The notes below the pieces were generated by a model that worked only from the letters and a program-made list of their open reading frames with translations, had not been told where the DNA came from and did no database searches. A stretch of 64,000 nucleotides of DNA, taken from contig NMRA01000147.1 in assembly GCA_002633005.1 (NCBI GenBank), positions 609,179 to 673,178 on the forward strand, written 5' to 3'. Both the position numbers and the translations under genes were made by a program. The stretch is from Phoronis australis (taxonomy: Eukaryota; Animalia; Phoronida). Positions 24,801 through 36,700 of the stretch are shown here, piece by piece. Position 1 is the first letter of the stretch. The number at the start of each line of letters is the position of its first letter.

Positions 24801-27800
24801 AGCCTACGTACAAGTCAATGTAAATGACAGTTCTGTGCGATAAATACGAACTTAAAATGATTATTTATTATTCTGTGCTTGAGTATATTATGCATTAGAC
24901 AAACTGTCGTGTAGCCCAAATTTTCATATGATGAGCTCCAAGATTCCAGCTACAAATTAAAACTGTTCGAGTTCAAACTCCAAATTAGAGCGTAATACTG
25001 GGTTCATCGAGTGCAAAATACGCAGTTATCTACGTAAACCATAATATACTCGAGTTCAGAACACTATACTCTTATCTGAGTTCATACCAAATTAGAATGG
25101 AAAATGTTACAAATAATTTCGAGATCAGAATAGAAAGACGTAATGCAATTAACAAAGTAGCTCAATGTTTCTATTTAAAGTAGTTCCACAGAAATGTAAT
25201 TATTTGTTATACAGGTGAAGACTTGTAGTTTTGGAAGCACGACTGATTCATCTAAGGCAAACGAGTTGTGGAAAAACCTAATCAAGTCGCAGCGTGGGGT
25301 TGCTATGGGTAACGGTCTGCTTTTACAAATACTGATTAAAGACCATGGCTTTCAAAGTTACCTCAATGACAAGTCAAACTGGGAACCGAAGCTGAAAACC
25401 CTCCTGACAAACAAAGCTTACATTTTAGGTACGATTGTGAAGCAGTTGACAATGCAATCTGGTCTTCCAGCAAAGATGAAGATGTTCATTTTCAAGGCAT
25501 TGGGAGGAGACGTTAAAAGCGTGCTGGCCGAATGGGAAACTGTCTCTGGTGACAAGAACATTGCTCAACAAGTGCAAGAATTCCTCGACTCGTACAATAA
25601 CCTGACCTTTGCTGTTGAAAGTCTTGATGCCGACAAGTTTGTCAACGACGCCAGTTCAGCGTGTAACAAATCGTCTACACACTCCTGGTCTACAATGTCG
25701 CCAGACCCTCCCCTGCCTAACGTAATCTCAATTGTAAGTGAACATACCGAAACCACGTATGGGTCATCAGTATCCAGTTGGTTGTCCTCCAGTAATGGCC
25801 CACGGCGTTATGGTCTTCGCACGGGTAGTTCACCCGACAATATCCGTAGCAGTACTCATGTAGATGGACCCTTTGGGTGTTTTGTAGCTGGCACACAAGT
25901 TTTGTTGCAGTCTGGAAATGTCACTATCGAGCATCTCCATGAGCACGACCACGTTGTAGGTGCTAATGGCATTACGGGAATTGTGTCCTCTGAAGAAGTG
26001 TCACGCCTGTTGGACAAAGACATGCCAGTCTACGGATTCAACGATGAAGCTCCATTCTTTCTGGCAAGTCATCCATTTTGGACGCAACATGGTTGGCGGG
26101 CAGTTAGCCCCCACTCGGCAAAAACGTCTAATACTTGGTTGGAAGTTGGACAGCTGACAGAGGGGGACTTCGTGAGGCGATTGAAGAATTACAAAAACGG
26201 GTCAACTGAATACGAGTGGGTAGAAGTCAAGAGTATTCATTTTCAGGATTTATCAGCTGGCAACAGAGTATACGGAATTCACACACGGGAGGGCCCTCGA
26301 TCTTATCACGCCAATGGTTATCTCGTGCTTCAAAACTTTCCAGAAATCACAACAAAGAGAATCTGTGATGGCATGAATAACATCAGCGCAACAGAACAAC
26401 AGCATATGCACGACANAACGATGAAGCTCCATTCTTTCTGGCAAGTCATCCATTTTGGACGCAACACGGTTGGCGGGCAGTTAGCCCCCACTCGGCAAAA
26501 ACGTCTAATACTTGGTTGGAAGTTGGACAGCTGACAGAGGGGGACCTCGTGAGGAGATTGAAGAATTACAAAAACGGATCAACTGAATACGAGTGGGTAG
26601 AAGTCAAGAGTATTCATTTTCAGGATTTATCAGCTGGCAACAAAGTATACGGAATTCACACACGGGAGGGCCCTCGATCTTATCACGCCAATGGTTATCT
26701 CGTGCTCCAAAACTTTCCAGAAATCACAACAAAGAGAATCTGTGATGGCATGAATAACATCAGCGCAACAGAACAACAGCATATGCACGACAAACTTAAG
26801 GAAGTTGCGCCCATACTCCATAAAGTAATGGGACCTGGACCTGCGAACGCTATGTTAAAACTTGCAAAGAGCTACCACGAAAATCTACACAAACCGGCAC
26901 AACTGATGAAGGCAGCGAAAGTTCATCTGAGAGAACTATCCTTACCACACATTAAATTGACTCGTCAAGCTGGTAAGACTTCCCATGAATCCTACGACAT
27001 GCCCGAAAAGCTGGCTCTTGTCCGCGGACATCTCTTTGTAGACGACGATCACGTGACCGATGTGCATCTGACGGATGATGATAAAGTGTGTTGGACCAGA
27101 CCAGTTGCTGGTGGAAAGTGGGAGCATGGATCGTTGAAACTCTACCCAGATCGACAAAAAGGACACGCTGTTATGTCCGTGACACAGGCCCGAGAGGATA
27201 GCCGGTCCCTAGTTTCGGCAACGTTTGCTGCAACATCTCACGTGAGCACGTACACTTGTTCAAAGAGCAAGGCTCTAATAAAAAAAGACACGGACAAAGG
27301 TACCTCTTATGTTCCATTCGGCGGTTTAAAGATGGGTCTGGAAACTGAGGACGGACATCTTAGTAGGGTAGGGCAAATAATGACACCAGATATGGAGGGC
27401 GAGTATGACAGCCTGGATCACCACATCACGTTCTCCGTGGACAGCAAATTCCAGTTGAAAGTCGAAGTAATTGTGCCGACGGACTACCAAGAACTTCTTA
27501 AGCACACTGGGTTCTACGGTACATTCAGCTGGGATTATTCAACATTTTCTGGTTATTGCATCGAATATGATCCCTTGAAACCCGGGAACGAAGGAGACCA
27601 CTACGCGTGGAAGGGTGTACTCGATACAGCGAATATGGCCAATGTTGCTTCTATGCATGCCGTTGCTCGTTCTCAAGCATTGAATCATGGGCACCACGAT
27701 CAAATCGGAAGCACTTTTAGTGCATGTGCCCCGACTACTCAGCTAATGAGCCTTCAAGCCGCACCTGCAGCTCCTATGCGAAGTACAATGATGCTAATGG

Positions 27801-30800
27801 CTGACAACGAGCTGACTCTCGAGCACCTTTTCACGCTTACTCCACCGGACCCAAAGTCTGTGCACGACCTGACATTCAGCTTGCTGCAAAAGGCAATGAA
27901 GTACGAAATGGGCGACGACGACAGAAGCAATATTCTTGGCGTTGTCAAGCCAACCGATTTAAGTGGGGACATGATTACTGCAGCGGACAAATATAAAGAC
28001 TTTTTCAAAGATCGGTTCGCAAATGCATATCTTATGAACGGTTTGGCCCAAAGCGAGCATTTTGAAGACAAAATCACCGACGAGCAGCGTAACAAATTAC
28101 TTTACTACTGGGCAGGCCAGGATGAAGGTTGCCTTGGCAAAGACACAGATTACAATGCTGTGAACAATGAAGTAGCTCGCGTGGCATTTGTTCAGTCGTG
28201 TCCTGACGTTCAGAAGTATATGGATTCGTCCCAAGGAGGTGAATACTGGGCAAAGCAACTGTTTGACAAATTGACAACACCTGCTGTTCTTAACGGTCTC
28301 GCTCTTACTCAAGACGTTGGCAACAGCTCTCCCATCATTCAGAAGCAGACAATGGTAATGTATTGTTTAGCACCTAATAAAGATTATGGCACGACATTTT
28401 ACAAGAAGATCATGGTAACCAGAATGAATGAAACCAGCTCAAAATTCATGGGTAACAAGAACGACAAAGCCGTCATGAAAGAATTTATCACTGATTACAT
28501 CCGACAATTGATCAACCAAATACTTGCTGGAGGAGACGCAACCACGGCAGAGTTGATGAAAGAACTTGGTAAACAGCTGCAGGACGCTGCCAAAGAGCTC
28601 AATGTGGAGATAACCGACGACGCCATACAGACTGTTAAAGATATGATGGAACATATGGATTCAGCCATTGACTTTGCCATTACCTGGTTCAACAACTCTA
28701 CAGGAACAATGCTGAGCCGTATTACCGGTAGCATGAAAAATTGGATGGAAAACCACCCAAAACTGGTGAAACTTGGAGGATTTCTCAGCACAGCATTTAC
28801 CATGGCAGCGTGGGGAATGAGTCTTGTGTACACCATTCGCACGTTCATGAATTGGAAAACGCTTGAACCCCAGCAAAAGGCCCAGCTTGTCATAGAAACG
28901 GTGGCATTTACCTTGAGGAGCGTTGCCAAAGTGCCCGATGTTATCGAAAGTATACAAGGTGCCTGCTCAAAAGGGAAAGCTGGTTTCAAGTTTGTGAAAA
29001 ACTGGATGAAAGTTAGTAAAGACGAGAGCGTTGTCGATGGAATAGAGGAAACTATCGAAGCTGAAGTGGAAAGTATTGAAGGTGAGTAAAAATAACGAAC
29101 TGACAAACATAGCTAGTCCGATCGGCCAGTTTAACGGCAATTAAAAAGATGTTGTCTGTGGACCTGTATGGATAATGTTGTTTTTGGCACGTTTATCACT
29201 CACTCCATTACGTTTTATCCTTTGTCTCCGAAATGAAAAGCAAGCAGCGGTTTCTGCTAACGATAGCTGAAAATGTTGGAGGAAACTTTTCGTTTTAAAT
29301 TTGTTATGACCATTTCCATATATACATGTGTGAACACGCATGGTAATTTGATGGTCTTTGGGAAATTGTAACTTGGACGACGCAATATATCTGTTGTTGA
29401 GCGATAGTTAGGGAGAATATTTTCACTCCTTTGACACTGGACTTGTTTAAATACATGAAATACCATTCCAGGTTTAAAATTGTTAGTCTTAATGGCATGT
29501 TATTGTAATTTTGCCTAGGAGAGGGAGTCTCTGCCGAGCAGGCCATGGCAGAAGCAGCGGCGGCAACTGGTGAAGACGTTGCTGAATCTGTTAGCAACTG
29601 GCAGAGGTTTTTCTCCATAACTGAAACATTTGCTAAAATCACCGGTGTTCTGGCGCTCGCCGCAGGCTGTGTTGCCATAGGATTTCAAATATACAACGAT
29701 TTCAAGAGTGGAGCACCTGTGGCGCAAAAGGTTCTTGATATACTGCAGGTAAGCAACACAGTAATTATCGGATTTTGATGACTTCACCTGTATGTCGAAT
29801 AATGAAGTGCTTGTTTCACTGCAGTTATACACATAAGATATAATACTTAACTATCCTAGTATTAATTAATTAATAAACTTTTTCTTTTAACACACTGATT
29901 GCTGTATTTTCAAACTTTGAAGCGCAAGTGTATAGTTAAAGGAGAATGCCACCCAAAAAACAACCTATTTTGTATCAATTTAGATAGAATAGTTCTGCTC
30001 GATAACGGCTCGTTCGGTTGCGTTACCTGACGGCAGACGGAGGTGTTGAAATTACCCAATGACGTCATTGGTTTCACGCGCAATCTGTTCAGCTGTTCAC
30101 AACACGGTTACTGGTGGCAGCTTATCGCTTGAATTCATCGTTTAACATCAATAAATCATCTAACTTCCACGTAAAACCCTTAAAAATGCACCAATTTCTT
30201 ATAAAAACGTGTTGTTTTATTTCGCTGTTACGGATTTACTGGTATTTGGACACACCGTAGCCTACAAAGTTCGGCAGGCCAATTTACCAAGGTCCGTAGC
30301 AGGAGTTTGGGGTCTGTTCGGAGATAAATTCGAAGTATTCTTCCGTGAAATACAGACAGGAGAACCTATATGTCTGTGTTGTTTAGACTTGTGATTTTTT
30401 GAGTTCTAACACACAAAGCGCTTGTTATCCCGGCCAGTGGCTCGGACCCGATCAGGCCCGTCGCGGCCGGACTGACTCGTTATCCCGGCTGGTGGCTCGG
30501 AACCCGATCAGGCCCGTCGCGGCAGCCGGGACTGGCACGAACATAAACCAGCTTGAGTTGGAAACTAAACCTCCAGTCACGAAAAGACTATAAAAGTGAG
30601 CCAAAGAAATAATGTGCACGTAATTATTTATGTGAATTGGCCACGAAACTGAAAATCTACTTACTTGTTGGGGGCCTCGAAGTCGGGTTCCCCTTCCACA
30701 GACCGTCAGGGCAAAGGTTGTACAGTAACAATGATTTGAATAATGTATTTGTATGATTTGAATAATGTATTTGTATTTATAAATAAAGATTCTCCTATAG

Positions 30801-31995
30801 CACATAAAATCGAGTAATTGTTTCAAAACAGCTTTCTGTCAGCACACACCGAATTAGTATGCGCTCACGGCCTATGAAACGTATGGATAGTTCTTTGGTA
30901 AGCCGCAATTCGTCAGAAAAATCACTGTCGAAATGCCGGCCACAGACACGGAGACTGACGTTTCACGGCCTCATACTTACTATTAACAGTGTATCTTTCA
31001 TTCTTCACAACCGCGGTCCACTTCCTAAGCATTTCGGGAAGTCGAAAAAACGATATACCCGCTTTCTTCGCAGCTTCATAGTTCGGACAAGCGGGAACGG
31101 TGCACCGCAATATAGCGGCATTCACTCTGCAGACGAACCACTGACGTGGTTGTGTCGTTTCTCACCTTGCTCTCAGGTTAACGCGACAACTATCGGCAAG
31201 GTGACTGAGGTCGACCTTATAAGAGGCGATGTGGATGTAGACCGATCAGAGGGTAAAAAAGACTAATTAAATTGGGTGGCATTCTCCTTTAATATATTTG
31301 TAGAGCAGTGAACGAAAATCTGTCACCTTCTTCGCTTGTGTCCTCTAAACCATATCAGTGATTTTTGCAATAGTTCGAAAATGGTTTTTTGTCAATTAGA
31401 TACGCATATATTTACTCTGAGCGCCTCTTTGGCGAGTAAAAAACGGCCTACTTCAAAGTAAGGGAAAAGAAGAAAAAAAAATTCATTAAGCCAAAAATAC
31501 AGATTTTTGTAAGGATATGGAATTTGAATTGAAGCACTTGACATTCCCCATGTTAGAATGAAACGGGAATTTACGACGTGCCAAATGTTCTCGTTTCTAA
31601 AATTTAACGAGTGCTTATTTATAGTTAGACTAATTGTATCGGCTACATGTTGACATATACTATTCGCAAATTGAAACCTCACCCTTCGCTGAAATTTACA
31701 ATGGACTTTTACTATTCTATAGGGCGTCACAATGGGTATTGCAACCGTAGCTGCTGCGGTCGGCCTGTTCGTTGAAGCAGCCTGCATACCGGTGATCGGC
31801 ATAGTCTGCGCAGTTGTCGGCATCATTCTCACGATTGTCGGCCTGTTTATACACAGAGACCCGCCAAAACCCAAGCCCACAAAGATCGACCTTTACGTCC
31901 AAGGTACTGGATCAAAGTTTATGAATGGTCTGCCCTCGCCTTCTCAGGAGTGGCTGGATAATTATCATAAGACTCACGACAAGGACAAGAAGTGA
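21841..31995 (+). CDS. Uncharacterised ~1459-aa protein with an internal Hint (intein-like) domain and a C-terminal hydrophobic helical region. Exons: 21841-21894, 23340-23437, 23695-23929, 25215-29081 (minus a 377-nt redundant segment), 29519-29748, 31723-31995
   Basis: All introns are GT-AG with matching phases (0,2,0,1,0). Spliced length after removing one repeat copy plus the N is 4380 nt, an open frame ending at TGA 31995. The ORF-track pieces of 439, 857, 77 and 87 aa belong to this gene. The three 5' exons are less certain than the last three. Confidence 0.82.
25878..26336 (+). other. Hint domain (153 aa, Cys1 to terminal Asn)
   Basis: Block A G|CFVAGTQVLLQSGNVTIEHL.E.DHV; block B FLASHPFWTQHGW; ..LTEGDFV; blocks F/G VYGIHTREGPRSYHANGYLVLQN|F. 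Confidence 0.88.
26040..26792 (+). repeat. 376-bp direct repeat (26040-26415 and 26417-26792) separated by one N; probable contig-overlap artefact
   Basis: The copies differ at about 6 positions (4 synonymous, plus F/L and R/K) and the junction is an N at 26416. Removing one copy restores the frame. Confidence 0.85.
29940..31288 (-). mobile_element. Kolobok-like THAP-remnant element in the last intron of the Hint gene
   Basis: ttaa-AGGAGAATGCCACCCAA ... TTGGGTGGCATTCTCCT-ttaa: perfect 17-bp TIR with TTAA TSD. Minus-strand ORF RCTVPACPNY...ISFFRLPEMLRKWTAVVK is THAP-like. Confidence 0.8.
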
Positions 31996-33783
31996 CTTGA
32001 CACTGTCGCAGGCTACTCGTAGAAAGTGCGTTCCATTATACCATATACTAAGCCGCCTGTAATTCTTATGTAGACTTGTAGGTACATAACATAACATAAC
32101 ATGACGCAACATTTAATATTTGGTTTACAAATGTCATGCCACGTGAGTCTTAGCAAATAACCCAAATATTCGTGAATTGGCATAACTACCTTACCAGAAA
32201 CGCGCGTATTTGTACGTGACTTAAGCGCAGGTGAGTTACAAAACGGAAGATGTTAGCGTTTATTTAATTGCCATTGGCTACGTTTGATTGACTTCGCCGG
32301 TTCCGCTGGGTCAACAGGTTCGTCAAGCGAAGAGCGCCAAGGACAGCCATTGGCTTTAAGACCAAACAGAAAAAAACAGCATTCCAAACATGTAAATATA
32401 CAAGTGATAGTCGCTGGCTTTAAGAGGATTCATCTACATTCAAAACAACTGAACAAAAACGCATCATTTAGGACATAGGTGCAAGTGTCTAAAATTAACT
32501 AGGCGTTGGCTGGATTTTGCCCGGTAAGTTTGGATAACGGATGTGTCCGTATACCACTGCAGATAAACCACACAATTCCAATTTCACTTGCCTCACTTAT
32601 AATGATATTAAACACGACTGTTATATATACATGCAAGAAAGTTGATAATTAACCGTGGATACATGTAATAGTCGGTTCAAGGTATGGGGTGTCCCAGAGT
32701 GGCATATTATCTTTGTGGTGTGTGGCTATTATTGTAGCAATTGATTTGAGAAATAAATTTTGTTAAGTCATTTAACCAGATGATTGAATTGTGATATGGC
32801 TTGGCCATACACGTATTGCTTCACGATAACACATGCCGAGGAACACAGTATTCGCATCCATCCTCCGTCCGTCACACAACGTTGTTGGCGCGACATCTTA
32901 AGGAGGAACTGAGCTTTAGATTAAGTCACAAATTTAGGGAGGTGATGGTGGAGTATCTCCAAGCGCTGGTCTTCACACTCCCGACTTTTCGTACATGACT
33001 TGGACATCTGTTAACTTTACTCAATCGGATCACCCGTTCACGACTAACTTGCGGAGAACCAATGCTGTCCACAACAGTTCTGCCCCTTTGCCGAATTGGA
33101 GAATTGACGCATCACCTTGGTGCGATATTGCTGATGGGTCACGTCCACACCAACTTACCAGGTCATGAGTCAAAAACAATCGTAGTAATTTTTCAGTGAG
33201 CAATTTTCTTAGTGGAACAAAATTTTGAGCAGAATCTGATAAACTCTATTTCATTCTAAAAGTCGCAAACGCCTTTTTGGCTCGAAAAGTTGTCACAAAT
33301 GTCGCACATTCCATAGTCATTTACGAATTTCTTATATAGAAATTCATTGGTGAGAAAAATCATTTCGTGAGGTCAGCCCCAAAGCCTAATCGAATTCACA
33401 ACCTCTACATTCACAGTAAAAGCTTTGTTGGCGAAGTTAAATCCCACATAGCCTTGATATTTTCGATTGTCTGGCAGTCAATAGTCAGAATTGGTAATTG
33501 GTAATAAAACCACAAAAAATAAGCGACTTTGTTGTTTTATAGCTCTGATCAAAACTAATATCTTCAACTAGTTACCTACTAGTAGACTCCTGTGCAACAA
33601 TTCCAAAAAATGTTTTCCAGCCCCAAAATGGAGTGACTCATTAACTTGATTTCTTTTTTCATTACAAAGGGTAGATACATAACACAAAATTTGATACTTG
33701 CATGATATTTTGTTTCAACAATTTTTTCACAATGATACCTGGAATGCATTTTGAAACACACATAGTCAATATCTTGACTGCAG

Positions 33784-36700
33784 TCAAGGTGATTTGGACT
33801 TTTCCTCTGCACTGCATGACTCTTTGGAATCCAAATCTTCAAGTTGTTTCTTCAGATAGCTGATTACATTTTTAATGGCATCAATTTGAGGATCGTCTGT
33901 TGTCTTTGCAACATAGGACTGGAAATGATCTAAACTTTGTTTAAGTAACGTAGATGTTTTCAGTTTGTGCATGTCTTCATATCGCAACAGTTTCTGGCAG
34001 ACTAGAGCATAATTCTTGTGCCAGTGGTCAGGAAATCCAATGTCAGAGTGGGCTTTGATGGCTCGCTTGTATAACTGCAACATGCAAACAAATGTAAAAC
34101 TATCACAAATAGGGTGTATCAAGACATTTATCAAAAGGCAAATATACCAAGTGTCAATAGAGGTCATTGCTTTTGTGTAAAATGTGAACACTAAATACCA
34201 ACATGATAAAACATAAAGTCAATTAGATTTTATAGTTGACGAGCCAGACACAGAGGGTTTTGAGAAAGTCTAAAGAATGACCCAGTCTGATAGTTTGTCA
34301 ATTTTACAATGTATTATTTAAAGGGACTGTACAGTTCTTGAAATAGGCTTCATTGCTTTTTAAAAATTTAGTCAACACACGTTTCAAGTGAATTATTGAG
34401 CTTGAACAAGGGACAAACGTTGAGGTCATTTAATCATCAACAAATAATGCAACATTAATGCCAACAAGAGCAAAGCGCCCTCGAATGCATCGCAAATGGT
34501 GTGCTTTTAGGGTTGTTTATTTGCATAGGCGGATTTAGAGGGGGAGGGGGGCCAGGAGGCCCGGCCCCCACCACCCTTGGCTGCCGCAAAAAAAATAAAA
34601 CAGCAAGAGTTTATTAATTAACCCCGGTAATTAACATTATACGGCTGAAACAAGATTTAAGTGTGTGCAGTTTTAGTGTGTTTGGGGGGGGGGCTCAGAT
34701 CCAATTTCAAGTGACAGATTCGGAACACGGTGCAATCGTAACGAAACTATGGCTATGTACAGTCTCCCGCGATATCCCAGGCGACCGGCAGTGGTGCTGC
34801 GCACTACGACTCCATTTCCGTCGTCTGCTTCACTGTACAATGAAGAAAATTACTTCGTTTTTTTAAAGAAAATGGAATCTGAGTGACGATGAAAAAACAG
34901 AAGCTGCTGGTAAGATGAGAATTTTAATCGAAGCCTTAGTGAATCACTCAGAAACTCATAATTCTTTCGTTGTCTTATTAACTTCATATAAATTCACGTG
35001 CTAAATTTAATAAAGAACCTGCAGAGGGCTTAGGAGATACAGGTATGAGTGCAAAAAAACAAAACTACCACTAGGAGGCACCACAGTCATCAGAAATCAT
35101 TGGTAACCGTCCCCTTCATAGAAAGTACATACATGCCAACTTTCACAATCATCCTTAGAGTGGTTTAGTTGACAGAGGGACGAACGTCACAAAACAGACT
35201 GAAAAACAACAAAAATGGCCACTAGGTGGTGCAAAAAACCTTGAATCAATCTGAAGATGAATGGCTAGCGTCCCCTCACTAATGGATGTCTATGTGCCAA
35301 ATTTTATGGAAATCCGTTGAGTTCCTTTGAAGATACAGCGATAAACGTAAAATTGCCACTAGGTGGCCCACCGGTAGACCGATCTGTTCGAAAGTTGTCG
35401 TCGTCTGTAGTCAACTTAAAAAACACATTTGCTAAATTTAATAAAGATCCTGTAGAGCATTTAGGAGATACAGCCATGGGCGCAAAAACAAACAAAACTG
35501 TCACTAGGTGGCGCCACAGTAGTCGAAGTCGTCGGAAAATCATCGTCAACTGTCTTCTTCATAGTAACACCATACATGCCAATTTTCACAATCATCCTTA
35601 GAGTGGTTTGGTTGTTAGAGGGGCGGACGCCAAAAAAATGACTCGAAAATAGTAAAAATGGCCACTAGATGGCGCAAAATCCATCCAAGCAATCCGAAAA
35701 CGGGAGTATAGTACCAACTCATTAATAGATGCCTATGTACCAAATTTCATGAAAATCAGTTGAAGAACTTTGAAGATACAGAGGCAAAGGTAAAAAAACT
35801 AAAACTGCCACTAGGGGGCACAGCGGTATTCGGGTCAGTCCGAAACTAGTTGCCCTCTGTCGTAGACCCCATAGGAACACACCTGCCAAATTTCAATACG
35901 ATCCTGTAAGGGGTTTAGGAGATACAGCCGCGGATACCAGACGACCAGACGCCCGCACAGAGATGACGGCAATATGCGACCACATATTAATAAATATGTG
36001 AGCATAATAGAACTAAGTGCAATGGAACATCTTTTAGCATAGATCCCTAACATAAATAAACACCTAGCAGTAGGGAGGACATCCTTGACAGAAAATTCTG
36101 CCCTATCATGCTGTAATCCACATGATGGGGTTTGAGTTAAAGAAACAGCCACCTTTGGCTCATCAAGTGTGAATTTTTTAAACAAGTGTTGCAACGATCA
36201 TGGTCTTTTGCATTATCATCAGGAGACAATGCGCCATCTTAGCATGCATGACAGAAAGAGTAGTTTGTTCTATGAGTGATTAAAAACAAGAGCATCCAGT
36301 CATCCGATACATTTTTGGAACTGAATAATGGATAGCAGACAAAATTTGGTTACTAATTTTCAGCAAACGACGTACTTCTTTCCTTCGAGCTGTTTTAGAC
36401 TTGTATTAATTCAACACGATAACAGTCTAGAGTAGATTTGTTAGAAATATCACTGGGTTAACTTAGCCAGTAAATAACAACATTTTTCTCATTCAGAACA
36501 GCACCTTGTATGAGTGGAGATACAAGCTAAGCTTCTCTTCTTCATCTTTCACATTATCGGCCATGGAGTACATGAAGAAGGCCATATTGATTCTAAAAAG
36601 AAAAAAAGTTACAATAAGAAGCATTTTAAATATAACTATTTAATACAAGGAGAGCCCAAAAGCCTCTTTACTTGACCAATTTTAGAGAGCAAGGAGGGCC

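Noticed and set aside
25215-26534. Separate 439-aa gene or frameshifted pseudogene
   Set aside because: The break falls exactly at the N joining two near-identical 376-bp copies; removing one copy gives a continuous frame.
25878-26713. Hedgehog gene or a true mobile intein
   Set aside because: No hedge domain, signal peptide or sterol-recognition region. The +1 residue is Phe, there is no homing endonuclease, and the flanks are not a recognisable conserved host protein.
27754-29106. Minus-strand ORFs up to 203 aa
   Set aside because: Antisense shadows of the large Hint-gene exon, with no motifs of their own.
21841-31995. Bacterial or fungal contaminant contig
   Set aside because: The gene has phase-consistent GT-AG introns containing repeat families also found elsewhere in this animal-like window, and it runs without a gap into TMEM260.
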